Positions 38,500-50,850 of a DNA stretch of 64,000 nucleotides are shown one piece after another. The DNA is taken from contig NMRA01000158.1 in assembly GCA_002633005.1 (NCBI GenBank), positions 122,229 to 186,228 of the forward strand, given 5' to 3'. Origin of the DNA: Phoronis australis. Its lineage: Eukaryota; Animalia; Phoronida. The notes beneath the pieces were generated by a model. The model was given only the letters and a program-made list of their open reading frames with translations. It was not told where the DNA came from and did not search any database. A program made the translations under genes and the position numbers. How positions within the stretch are numbered: position 1 is the stretch's first letter; the number at the start of each line of letters is the position of its first letter.

Positions 38500-38678
38500 C
38501 TCCGTAACGTCAATAGTTTCCCACTTTTCAACCAAAATACTTTTGTAGTGACATGCACACGAGGTGTCCATCGCTATCATATCCGCTGTAGGATCACGGG
38601 TGTAACTGGCAGACGTCCACAAGTCGTACGCAGATCTGCCGATTTCTTTACTGGCTTTAAATACAAGGGTCCATTTTT
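38500..38678 (-). CDS. Exon 2 of secreted PAN-domain protein: (E)KWTLVFKASKEIGRSAYDLWTS...HYKSILVEKWETIDVTE
   Basis: Acceptor catttcAG and donor GAG|GTATAT; 179 nt, phase 1 to phase 0. Confidence 0.8.
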
Positions 38679-39320
38679 CTGAAATGTTTATCCAAGACAT
38701 TCGCATAATTCAATGAGACAATAGGTCCTAAAAAAGGCCAAACAGATTCCCATAGGAGATTTCATTGTTATTGTTGATTCTTGTTTACCCAACCAACGGA
38801 TCATGACTGTGAGCGACTTTCATTCGGCTGAAACAGTTTTACCATAGGAAAAAGTTTAGAATTGTCTGGAAAAGAATAAATGGAACTTCGGGTGCACGAC
38901 GACCGCGGAATGGCGCTAGTTCCAATGATATAAGTGAAAACCCAGTTTTCATTATGAGTGTTGCTGCTTACTTGAAAAGATAATAAATAGTCTCTAAACG
39001 CCAGTCAGTTACATCCAAGTACAATAAGGCTAATGGCTTTCTCTGGTAAAATACTCTTCAGCATGTAAGTGTTTAAACGACAAGTTGCTCTATAAAACGG
39101 ACTCACTGAAACGGAAGTTGTGAGGACCTTTTCTGTGACGAAGGCTTGATTGAGATTATCTCTTACTGTCTTTGGTTACACTATTAAAAAAGTAAACGTT
39201 TCATATGTTTTTCTCTCCTATTTTCCAGGAAGCTGGGAAAGTGGGTGCCTTTCGTTTTTTGCTCTTAATTTTCATGAAAAGGAAGAAATGAATATAATAC
39301 ATTAATAGTAACTAGCTTAC

Positions 39321-39678
39321 CTGTTGTAGCCACATTGTGACTGACAGGACACATGTTGGCTTGTGGCGAAACTGTGGGTTCTGCTACGTGGTAATAAGTC
39401 CAGTTAGTCTCACCATGAAGCAGCAAAGTCCTGCTCTCTCTCGCCAAACAATGTTTGGTGCATAAGCTGTGAGGCGGGTAGTAAGAGAACGCGTCACAGT
39501 GCGCATCTGACGCACACTCGATCGCGCAGTCTGACATAAACGTGTAATCACCGGTTGAGTACGACTGAAGCATTCGTGCATTGGCAATAAAATTGAATTT
39601 CTTTAGGTTGACAGAGTAGTCACATTTCCCACATAAAGCTGCAGTTGAGAGCAAAGTGAAATAAGCAAGTAACTTCAT
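39321..39678 (-). CDS. Exon 1 of secreted protein: signal peptide plus PAN/apple-like domain
   Basis: MKLLAYFTLLSTAALC is a hydrophobic leader. 'CAIECASDAHCDAFSY..C' fits the PAN C-x3-C-x5-C-x2-F-x-Y pattern. Donor CAG|GTAAGC. Confidence 0.85.
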
Positions 39679-41589
39679 TGCCGCAACTTAACTCTACTGT
39701 ATCCTCATCACTGGACGTCCTTACAGCCGACACTCGCGAAAATACAGTTACGAGTTAAGGTGTCGGCACAAATGTCTCTCAATTACACGTTTTGTTTATT
39801 TAGCATCACATCTTTAGTTCATATTGTTAATTAGAGAGCGATGTAAGGAATATTAAGTGCAAAACAATCTGCATTGAAAAGACTGATGAATAATTAAACT
39901 AGCAGAAACAAACACTACAACACTCAATTTGGTATAAAAAATGCCGTAGCTGTGTTGTTATAACAAATCGATATTGATATCCAGATACGTTATCGGCTTC
40001 CACTTGTTTGGTGAGTGACACTGTGTGCCGACAGTGGCGCTCGCAGACCAGACTGAATTCAATATTAATTAAAAAAGTACTGTACGATGATGAATTTTCT
40101 GTGGCTATTATCTACACAGCCCTACCAAATCTACATGTTGTCCAGGCAAGCGACACCTGTCCATCTACTTCCAAATATAATCAGTTTAAAACGAATGCCG
40201 GTGACGTCATTGGCGTTTACTGGTTGTAGGAATTACAACTTTTATTAGCTGAATGAAACAGAGTTTCTTTGTCGTCCAATATCAACTAGCTGTCAGCTCG
40301 TGGGAATCTGTAAAATTTGATTGCAACCTTTCGAAACTTTGCACCAACGTTCACCGTTTATATTTTGTGACTGAAATTCTGACTTTAGTAAAAGAACGTC
40401 AATTAATTTGCCGGTGCGTATGATGGAAGGTGTCGCAGTTGACAAGCGCTTGACTGGTTTACTGATGCTGTTCGTGTTGGGAAAGTCAATTCAAGGTTTA
40501 GTTGACATTCGCTTACAACATTGGTTTATTGATGCTGGGTTGGGAGTACTGATACAAAGTTAGATTGAGGTCAAGGACTCTTTTGAAGCGCACGTGACTG
40601 GTGATAATCGACTTTTGAAAAAATAGGTATTGTTTCATTAGTATTACCACCCTGACTGTTGTCGGTCCATGTTCAAGCAACTAATCCAAAGTCAATGCAC
40701 GTGTCTACATTGACACATTCATGGCGAATTTTCAAAACTCACTTTGTGGAGACTAATAATCAGTCTATTCTTAGTTCGAGAGAAACATATTGGCCACGTA
40801 AAGAGACCCATTTCTACTGGATCGATCGATATTTATTCACTATTAATTCAATACTGACACCAAAACAGGCTCGAAATGCAGCTCTAAACGATTACTTGCT
40901 TACATTAAAATCGCTTTTAATATTTATTCGAGTGTTGGACATTTTCTGCTGAACACTGGCAGTTGTCTTTGTTATTTCAATTTCGTCGATTTTAGGAGCA
41001 AGACTAGAATGTAGAAGCTTTCTGCAGTTTAAATAAACATTCAGATTGATGCAGTGAAACAACTAGTATTTTTTAGTAGAAATGCACAATTTTAAGAGGA
41101 GAAGTAACATTTTTCTACATTTGAAATACATAAAAGTAGTTCTGATACATATCACCATTGGCTAACACGGTTGTGGTGCGGCCAGTCGCGTTTAGTCAAC
41201 TTATTACATGTTACTGCGCATGCCTGAGACATCAGATGCGGTTTCCATGTTTAACTCCAAACCTGTACAAAATGCAAACAAAAAGTGTTACTCTTTATGG
41301 TAGGATGTGACGCTCAGGGTAGGTACGGGTTATTCCACCCTTAATAGCATAGATCCATTCTCACATATTTTGCATAAGCCACAACAGTATGGTTTATTAA
41401 GCCTACAGTGCTCCTAGTCACCGCACAAAAGCCTGAGTAATGAACGACGTGCTGCTTGTAATAGACCGTGGAGTCTAGCTAGGTCACAAGAGATTTTATC
41501 AAATCACTTCTGTAAACCGTAAACATTCTTAGAGGACGTTCAGTTTTAGATGAAGCTGACGATTGATGTCGACACTTGATGTCTGATTG

Positions 41590-41640
41590 TTTGTATCCTG
41601 ATGATGTCTAATGAATAGACGAAACGTAAGTAATAATATG
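41590..41640 (+). ncRNA. Minimal hammerhead-ribozyme-like motif (Penelope-type), probably degenerate
   Basis: CTGATGA-t-GTCTA-atgaa-TAGAC-GAAAC-gtaa-GTA: intact core and stem II, very short stem III, poor stem I. Confidence 0.4.
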
Positions 41641-42923
41641 AACTTTTCATTTGTGCGACGATTGTCCGTTTTTGTGTTTATTTTTTTATTTTATTATGTC
41701 CATAAACTGATGTAATAAGCTGACAATTATCCCTCCAACCCGATTTTCCTCAAAACCGATGCTCTGTACGATTTCTTGGTGCCCACCAAGTGCAGGAGTC
41801 CATGTGCTATCGGCGCTGTGGGGTTTTGGTCAGGACATTTTAGTTAGGGGGTCCCAGGCTTAAAAATGCAAAATGGATCGCCTACGCTCTTATTGATACA
41901 TACCGCGAAAAAATCGTGAAAGCATGTTATGCACAACTAGTGCGTATTCGGATTTTTTAATTCAGAAGGACATTTCTAGGAATGCGTAGCTGTATTTCTC
42001 CAGGCACCAGTCTCTGGCAAAAGATAATGGAGTCGTATGTCGTTATCCTGTTTTGTCGTTTTTTGGAAGTGTTTGTCATTTGACATAAATCCCAGGTTTT
42101 GGAGATGGTCCGCTGCTGAAATCATTGGCTGCGCCGTTTTTTTATTATTTCTTTTATTTCCCTTAAGGGGGCGCTTAAGGAGGGGCACTAATGATGGGAA
42201 TAATTGCTTCTCTTTTCCTTTCTGTGAAATTGTACAACATTTTATGAAAGTAACCCGATGATGGAAGGGGGGTGACCCGATGGTTGAATCAACCGTCACT
42301 CTTTTGCAGTTTTAGATAATATGGCCTTTCACATTAGAGTTTTTGGGCAGCACGTCTTTCATGTAAAGGGGTCTTATAAAACGGGACCCTATGCATCCGT
42401 CATAATAAGCACGGTGCATCAAGGCATGCGGGGAAAAACAAACACGGACTAACACCATAGACATAATTGAAAGACTGATGAACTTAAAAAGTATTATTTT
42501 CAAATTACACAAAGGCAATCGATTAGACTGTTAGTGGCATGTTTTTAAAAGGGTTCACAGCGTACATGTCGTGTTCAAAGTTCAGTATACTGGCGATTGT
42601 AAGTTAAACATACTCCGGTTGTTGGAATGAACCAGAATTCACGTCAACACGAATAAATTTTGAAAATTTCTTGGGAGATAACCTCCGAATCACTCACGGA
42701 TACTCCTTCACCTGTCGTCTCCCGGTTGACCACCAAGTATATGTCCAGTGTGTCTTCGGGAATTGCCTAAGAATTTCATGCAGTGATTTACGGATTTGAA
42801 GAAAGCTTTGTATTTGACAACCGACAGTTAACTCAAAACATGCCTTGTGGGTGGTGTCTTTAGATAATGCTATGTGAAGCTACGTGATGGCCCAACATGT
42901 GAGAGTTCCGATTAACGTGACGC

Positions 42924-43037
42924 CATTGTGTTCGTTAAGGTTTTTTCTCCGGATCCCGTCTCGTATTCCGGTTTCTGTCGATTCAACTTGTTCGTCAATA
43001 AACGCTAGCAAACCTTGTTTTATTTAACTTACTGTCG
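42924..43037 (+). repeat. 5' LTR (alignable part)
   Basis: Differs from the 3' LTR by 2 substitutions and a 3-bp indel. Contains AATAAA and is followed by TGG. Confidence 0.85.
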
Positions 43038-43169
43038 TGGTGACAGCTGCTCTTACCCACCCGAAGATACTCTAATGCAACTGTAGTCTTCTGACAACAA
43101 GGACACTTGTTATTTTTGAGTGTATGACGTGAGTAATCGACATTTTTAGATCCGGAACCTTCATTCAAC

Positions 43170-44050
43170 ATGACCGTACGCGCCCCCAAACAGTGGTCTC
43201 TAACTAAAACAGAGACCATCACCACGTATGAGAACTGGCGGCAGAATCTTATATATACTCTTAGTCTAGACAAAACCTTTGAGCCGTTTCTGACTTCTCA
43301 GTAGTTCAAGAAAACCAGTGCCAACCCGTTGCGAGGTCTCATCGATGACGGCACCGACGTCGATGCTGCCGAGCGACTGACCGCCGTACAAAAGAATGCT
43401 CGACTCGAACTCATGCTCGGACAAGTGGCTAACTACTGCCCCGTCATCTCCCGAAACTCGATAGTCAAGAACTCGGTGTCTCTGGCTGACATCTGGCAAA
43501 AAATCAGACAGCACTTTGGCTTTGCCTCAACCGGCGCTCATTTTTTAGACCTTCGCAATATCCGCCTGCAACCCAACGAGCGTCCCGAGGACCTCTATCA
43601 ACGTTTGTCTACCTTCTTTGAAGACAATCTCCTCTCACCTGACTGTGGTCTTGCCCACCATGGAGCCGTCGTGGATTATGAGGAGGACTTGACCCCGACG
43701 CTGGAAAATGTTATTGTATATATATGGCTTGGACTGGTTCACGCTGGCTTGCCACTTTTAATCAAGCAAAAGTATGGAGCTGAGCTTCGTAAGAACACGC
43801 TTGCTTCGATTAAAACGGAAATATCTCTCGCACTAACTTCACTTCTTGGAGGAACTCCGGACTATCGAGGACACCCGTGTGATGCGCATTGGTGCACCTC
43901 CTGGTCGCAGAAGACAGTTGTATTCTTGCATTCTCTGCAAGACCGCCGGCCGACCATCGTCTTCCCACAACCTTGAAGATTGCAAATTCCTACCTGACAG
44001 CGATAAGCGTCGCATCACCAGATCACGCCGGGTTACGGACTTTGAAGACG
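43170..44050 (+). pseudogene. Gypsy gag (stop plus frameshift)
   Basis: Starts [27 protein letters not shown], continues '[10 protein letters not shown]', and has the zinc knuckle '[19 protein letters not shown]'. TAG at ~43301; frameshift at ~43846. Confidence 0.85.
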
Positions 44051-46560
44051 ATGACGCTGATCTTGATGACGAACCGTCCACCGAAACTGCCGACGCCTCC
44101 TGTGGCTTTGTGTCACTTGACACCCAATCAGCTCGACGTGTCACTATTATGCAGTCTCCTGTCTTGAAAGCCTTCTTCGAGGATCATCCCGTGCAAGTCA
44201 CACTAGACACTGGTGCTACTACTAACATGGTGCGCGAGTGTGCCGTATCGTTATACGGTATGATTATTTCCCCCGCTTCGCAGATGGCCCGCCAGGCCGA
44301 CGGCGTTACCCCCCTTGAGGTTGTTGGCGAGATCCACTGCCGGCTTACACGTGGCTCTCACAACTTTCGTCTGGATGCTTTGGTGGTTCACCAGCTTGAT
44401 GTTGACATTCTTGCTGGAAATCCCTTCATGTCCTACAATGACATTGCTGTTCGCCCCGCTATGCGCCAGATCGTAATTGCTGGTTCTGATGTCGTCCCCT
44501 ACGGTGTCCGTACTCCCAAGGAGACATTACCCACCGCACGACTTACCCAGTCTTTTCGCTTGCGTTGCCCAAAGCGTTCTGTCGTTCACGAAGGCCAGTA
44601 CATCGAACTACCGACCCCGGCTGATACCCCCCTAGATACCACTTTGGTGCTCGAACCTAGGTTGGATAACTCTCTTAATAAATCACTCGACCCTAGGGTG
44701 GCTTGGCCACGACTAAAGGAAATCTCCTCAGTCGCCCACACTGTACGTGTAAAGAACGATACTGATTCACCTCTGCTAATTAAACATGGCGAACACATCT
44801 GTCAGGTGCGACAACTTTCAGAGTCGCTACCCGCCCGTGTCACAGGTCCAACTAAATCTGCCACTAGCACCCCGCCTCCAGGCCCCCATACTAGATCACC
44901 ATTTTCTGATTCCATCAAGCTTGACCCTGATTTACTCCTCCCTGGTGACATGCGGGCCCGCTTCCAATCCCTACCCGCTGAATTCTATGATGTATTCAAC
45001 CCTGCCGTTTCTAAGTACAATGGCGCTTGTGGGAAGATAGAGGCTGTTGTGAATGTTGGACCCACTCTCCCTCCTCAACGGAAAGGCCGACTTCCCCAAT
45101 ACAACTGCGAGTCCCTTGTTGAACTTCAGACACAATTTAATGAGCTCGAGGCAGCTGGTGTTTTCGCCAAGCCAGAACAGGTGAATGTTCATGTAGAATA
45201 TCTCAACATCTCATTCCTCATCAAAAAGCCAAGCGGCGGTAGTCGGCTTGTTATCTCGTTTGGATAGGTTGTGGACAGTGTCCTACGCGACATCGGAAAA
45301 TGGAACTATCTCATAGTATCTGACCTCTTGCAGTCCTTCTACCAGATTCCTCTCAGTCATTCGTCTATGAAATATTGTGGTGTCGCTATGCCATTAAAAG
45401 GCATTCGCGTTTACACTCGATCTGCAATGGGGATGCCGGGATCAGAGACTTGTCTTGAGGAGCTCATGTCCAGAGTTCTGGGTGATCTCATTCAGCAAGG
45501 TTGGGTCACCAAAATCGCAGATGATCTGTATGTAGGTGGAAGCTCACCTGACCAGGTGCTCCAACGTTGGAGACTAGTCCTCCAGGCTCTTCGGCGAAAC
45601 AACCTGCGTCTGTCCGCCAAGAAAACCGTCATCTGCCCTAAGTCAACCACCGTCCTTGGTTGGAAATGGTCCCAGGGTTCCTTACGGGCCAGTGATCATA
45701 AGTTCTCAGCTCTCTCCTCAGTTGAGCCTCCCACAACTGTGTTCGGTCTCCGATCTAAGTCGTGTTCTCCCTGGCTATGCCTCTCTTCTCGACCCGCTTG
45801 AAGCTGTCGTGGTTGAACGCGAGTCTCGTGAACGCATCTCCTGGTCCGACGATCTCACGGAATTCTTTAAGGGGTCCCAGTCTGCTCTCAAAGACACAAA
45901 GGTGATATTCATACCTAGACCTGATGATCATCTGCTCATTGTAGCTGACGGTTCTGTGAAGCATCATGGCCTGGGTGCCACCCTGTACCTCCGCAGAGGG
46001 AACAAACTTCTCCTCGCTGGTTTCTTTAATGCAAAGCTGCGTAAACATCAAACATTCTGATTACCCTGCGAAGTTGAGGCTCTGTGTATTGGTGTAGCAG
46101 TCTGTCATTGTCCCCATACATCATCCAGGCCTCTAATTCCCCCAAGTCCTGACAGACAGTAGTCCATGCGTTCAGGCCTACGGAAAATTTATGCGAGGCG
46201 AGTTCTCCACTAGCGCTCGAGTATCGACGTTTCTATCTACATTGAGCCGTTATGGCGTTTCTTTACACCACATTGCTGGTGCAGCGAACCTCCCCTCCGA
46301 CTTCTCCAGCGGAAACCCAACATCCTGCCAAGACTCCTCTTGTCAGGTATGTAAGTTCAGTCGTTCGAAGCTTGTCGGTTGATGATGTTGTACAGAGCGC
46401 CATGCGTATGCCCTTCACAAGCCGCCCAGCTTGGCTGTTGACCCAACAGGAATGCCCAGACCTTCGCCGAAGCCATGCCCACCTGTCTCAGGGTACTCGT
46501 CCTTCGCGTAAGCAAAGCAAAATCAAAGATGTCAGGCGTTACTTCAATGCCACCTCATCG
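44051..46560 (+). pseudogene. Gypsy pol: aspartic protease, RT, RNase H (disrupted)
   Basis: 'VTLDTGATTN' (protease), '[29 protein letters not shown]' (RT), 'IVADGS', 'PCEVEAL', '[15 protein letters not shown]' (RNase H). Stop at 45267 and several frameshifts. Confidence 0.9.
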
Positions 46561-46792
46561 CAACCGCAAACCCCCCGCGTGGCACTGCGTGTACTCATTC
46601 ATTAAGTTTTATTTCCTTGGCAGATAAGACGGAGACATGCCAGACAGAGACTATGCTTAATTATAAATGTTTATTACGTTGTTGTTTAACTGTTATTACG
46701 ATTGAAACGTTGTTCGAGCTACTGTACTCCATAGGCCTACTTTAAGTCGTGTATTGTTCTTTAGCTTCCATTGTACCCAGAGGAGAGGGAAG

Positions 46793-46912
46793 TGATTACG
46801 ACATTGTGTTCGTTAAGGTTTTTTCCCCGGATCCCGTCTCGTATTCCGGTTTCTGTCGATTCGACTTGTTCGTCAATAAACAGCAAACCTTGTTTTATTT
46901 AACTTACTGTCG
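46793..46912 (+). repeat. 3' LTR
   Basis: Begins TG immediately after the polypurine tract and matches the 5' LTR from 46802. Confidence 0.85.
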
Positions 46913-47064
46913 TGACTTGTTAAGATATTCCTCGTTGAAGACACGACTAAACTTTTTGTTTGAAAGTTTGATACTGAGTCGCTCGTAGTGTCAAAACAAT
47001 TTTCTTTTTGGGGGTATGCAGCTATGTAGTAAAACACCGAGACACGTAACAAATAAGCAAATTA

Positions 47065-47112
47065 AAACACTAGCTATATTTCGAGACTGCATGTCTCATA
47101 ATCAGGCAATAA
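47065..47112 (-). ncRNA. Second hammerhead-like motif with mutated core
   Basis: Minus strand CTGATTA-t-GAGAC-atgca-GTCTC-GAAA-tatagcta: perfect 5-bp stem II, but the core has a G>T change. Confidence 0.3.
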
Positions 47113-50100
47113 GGGAAATGAACATATAAGTAGTGAAATAAACAGTGAAATACGCGTGACAGCGGGAGGAGGGGCATACAAGCAGAGAGTGTGAATGCAA
47201 CCCACGGCAGGAAGCCTACAACCCTATAGAAACAGATCCAGCGTGCGGTACACTCCTGTGTAGGTATTCACCAAAATCGACAAATTGATAGACCATTACT
47301 TGCCGACTCCCTAGTAAGCTAATCTTTGAGCAAATGGGCAATGTTTCAGTAAACTTTGGTGCACGCTGCAATTGTCAAATTTTCTAACATCCTTTTCGAG
47401 CAGTACAGTGTACCAGCTTATATAAGTCAGTCTGGTTTCGGTGAAATTTGACGTGGGGAAATGAACTTCGGATAATTCTGTCATTTGCCCGCCCCCGGAA
47501 CACTAGTAAGTCTGGTATCCATTTTCTACAGGGGACTTTGAAACATCCCTTTTGACAGTTAACAAGGGGCCCCGTAGCAGCACCTTTAGAACCCATTCAA
47601 AACATGATTCTAATGATATACTTTTCACCAAACTGGAACCTTAGACGTCTTCATTTTCACTCTCGCCAACAGAGGAAATCATAACCGAAGTTAACGTTAC
47701 TTTCACTCTCTGACAATAGAGGAAATTAAACTACAACCGAAGCGCCCAACACGATGTTCCATCTCCTCATTGTGAGGTAATGCTATTTCTCCCCACATTG
47801 CTCCGAATTTCATGACTGCCCATGGTGGAGTTGTAGTGATTTTAACACTGCATCTTTTTGTCAACCAGAGGTTCAAAATCACACCCTAACCACGTGATCT
47901 GCTCGTGTACAGAAAGTGACAATTTCTACAAAAAGTTAGTAGAAGCATGGGTACGCAAGCTGTCTGGGTTTGTATGTAGCAAAGTCCGCATTTCTATGGC
48001 GAGACGGGGCGGGTGCAAAATTGGCGACAACCAGGAGGGATGGTGTTGAAGTGGGGGTGACAGGGAGGAATCTTTGGGAGCACAGGGGCAAAAGTTTGGT
48101 GAAGTCGACTTCGTTAGCGCCTCTCATCCTCCAATAATGTTTACCTTTCAACAGGTCTACGCGGAAAGCGATAAAAGAGGCTCGCCGTAACTTGAAGTGG
48201 CTTCACGTTAATCACCCCTGGTTCTCAATATGAGGGACCCCTGTGTACAGTGAGTAGGCCGCCATGTTGTCAGACCGCCGCGCCACCTATAAGGCTACAA
48301 CGTAACACCCTGGAAGTGATTAAAGCGGCTACAGACCCGTGTTCCGTCATCAAGAGAACACTTAACAATACAAAGTTAGTAACAACTTGTTCCTTGATCA
48401 CACGGGAAATGATTCCTGGGTTTGCAAAGGACGGGCAGTTCGTTACCATGCACGGCTCGTAATGTTATTGTGACACCCCGAAACAAGCCAACTTGTCACC
48501 AGAGACTGATCTCGAGCAATAACCAACCGTCAGTTTTCTCGAAACCATGACATCTCCTAAAATTGGACTACCAGCCGACTATTGCCGGGTCATTGTTGCG
48601 CCGGGTAGGCCCAAATATCATGAGGTTGATTGCTAGTGCCTGCTCCAGCGATCCAACGTGGGCTTCGACGAGCTGGCAATCCGGCTGGTCAGCTCAACAT
48701 CGATGCACGCAGCCTTGCTAATATTTTCGCTTTTAAGATTCATAAATATGGTTTGAAAAACACCTTTACTATCGAAATTGCCTAGTATATAACGAAAATA
48801 TGACACATAGATGTGCCAATTAATTAAATCATGGAATAAATCACAAAGTAGCCTGACGGCATGTGCACTTTTGATCACAGGAAGAAATCTGTGATATATT
48901 TTGATGATTGCACTTGTGATTGTATATTGTTAGTTCATACAGGTTTCATAGTCTTTCTATCTTGCTGAAACAAACAGGCAGATTGGAAGATTTTACCCAT
49001 GAGGAAACCGATGATGTCGGTTCTCTATGAGTCATAATCAAGTGATTACTGTAATGGGCCTGGCTTTTTGGCCTAAACACGCCTGATGTACCGCAAAAGG
49101 CATCAGGTCACCTTTACTCTTTTTTGTGATAGTACGTATTGTGCTTATTGTAGATTACTACCGGAGATATTGCTTCTATTTATTCACTTAGTATTTGTGT
49201 GCATTTTTGTTTATCCCAGTATAATGCATGGGTCAGTCAGTTCAAGTATCCGGGTTTCAGGCACGTCGTCAATATGGCCGGCCGGTCGTAGCTGGGTGGC
49301 AGGCATGTCGGCAAACATCATGTGACCGCTGTCTTCATGTAGTTCTCTGCACACGCTTGTATTTCTGGATATATTTGCCTCATCCATTGCATCACAGGTA
49401 AAAATTGCTTAAAGGGATCCCAAATTTTGAGAACCAGGTCCTTCCACTGAAGGACCCTTTTAGAGGGCTACTGTCGCACTGGGCATAACCTTGTGCCTGA
49501 TTCAAAGGCATTTGACCTGACGTGGACTTCTCGTATACCACAAGATGAAGAACTTGTTGGTAAACGGTTTAGAACATTTTGTTCCCAATTTCAGATGGTA
49601 GGCCCTATTCAACAGTGTCAAATCATCGTTTTTGCACCTGACTACGCGTGCTCAGTAATATGTCAGAGTATATATCCTTTTATTCTAAAGCCTCAAATAA
49701 GGTGTACTAGTTCAAGTACCAACCCCAGTGTTCTGCAACTTTAAAACAGAGGCGGGTTACAGTGTGTCATTTTTTTTCTCCCACATGCTTTTATTGGACC
49801 CATACTGTCGTCATCTGGCTTACAGTCCGCAGCTGTATATCTCTGCTACTCTACTGACTCCTGTGTTGCCAGTGCATGCAAAGTTTACTATGTTTTTGTC
49901 TGATCCAACCTTGACATTTACTACGCGTAGTTGACGACATTTACATACATACAATAGTTTAAAGGTCATCTAGGTCACATTATCAGTCAATACACGCCTC
50001 GTCCTGTAGTGGAATTATAGCGGCGCTGCTCTGAATGGGGTGGAGTTCAGTAACGCTGAGACCTCGCTGGAAAAGTAAGATTTTGCGGGAGATACTGCGG

Positions 50101-50850
50101 CGTATTTTAAAAGAGAACATGTGATTTTGATTAACTTTTTCCAGCTGCGAGACATTTACTGAACTCTACCCTGTTTATTGCAGTGCTGGGCCTACAAGTA
50201 TTGACCTGTGTAAGGATCTTGTAACTGAAGAAGCAACGACGTACTTTTAATATATATATTTTGGAATCGAAACTACACTGAGTTAACATTTCATAACATC
50301 AAAACAACCCCACGTCAATATCAAGCACACACGCACAGAATAAATAAGGAAATAAGTACATAAATAAATAGATAAAAATGCCATACTTGAAAAGTAACCA
50401 TTATCTGTAAATACATCGGCTACTGAAAACGATGACAGGAAATAAATTACGATAACACTGTGAAGTGAAAATGAAAAAGTAAAGGAATTGAAAACACAAA
50501 ACAATAACGTCAATGTTAAATTGAAAAGGTGACAATGAAAGTCTGACAAAAATGGCAACAGCAAATGTTGATACTCTCAAGTACACGAACATTCAATTAC
50601 GTTAATATCACAGTTGCTTTTTGAGCTCATTTAATAATTTACCGATGAAAAACATCTTGGAATGTACGCAACGTAATGTTCGAGAAATATCCCCCAGAAC
50701 ATTACAACACTAAATGCTAAAAAAGTGAGATTAAATCACCATTGTTGTGCAATACCGGAAAAAGGACGCTTCAAATGAGAAGTTGGAAACACCGACCCCG
50801 TGTTCTTGCCAAATGAACGTTAAGTACATGTAGGCCTATAACACAGGCCT

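Larger units (their letters stand above)
42924..46912 (+). mobile_element. Decayed Ty3/Gypsy LTR retrotransposon with very short LTRs; integrase core missing
   Basis: Direct repeats at 42924-43037 and 46802-46912, PBS-like TGGTGACAGC at 43038, PPT agaggagagggaag before 46793, and gag-PR-RT-RH order. Confidence 0.9.

Noticed and set aside
38679-38730. Upstream acceptor (ttttttAG at 38728) for exon 2
   Set aside because: In phase 1 it reads into a stop after about 23 codons. The acceptor at 38679 keeps the frame open.
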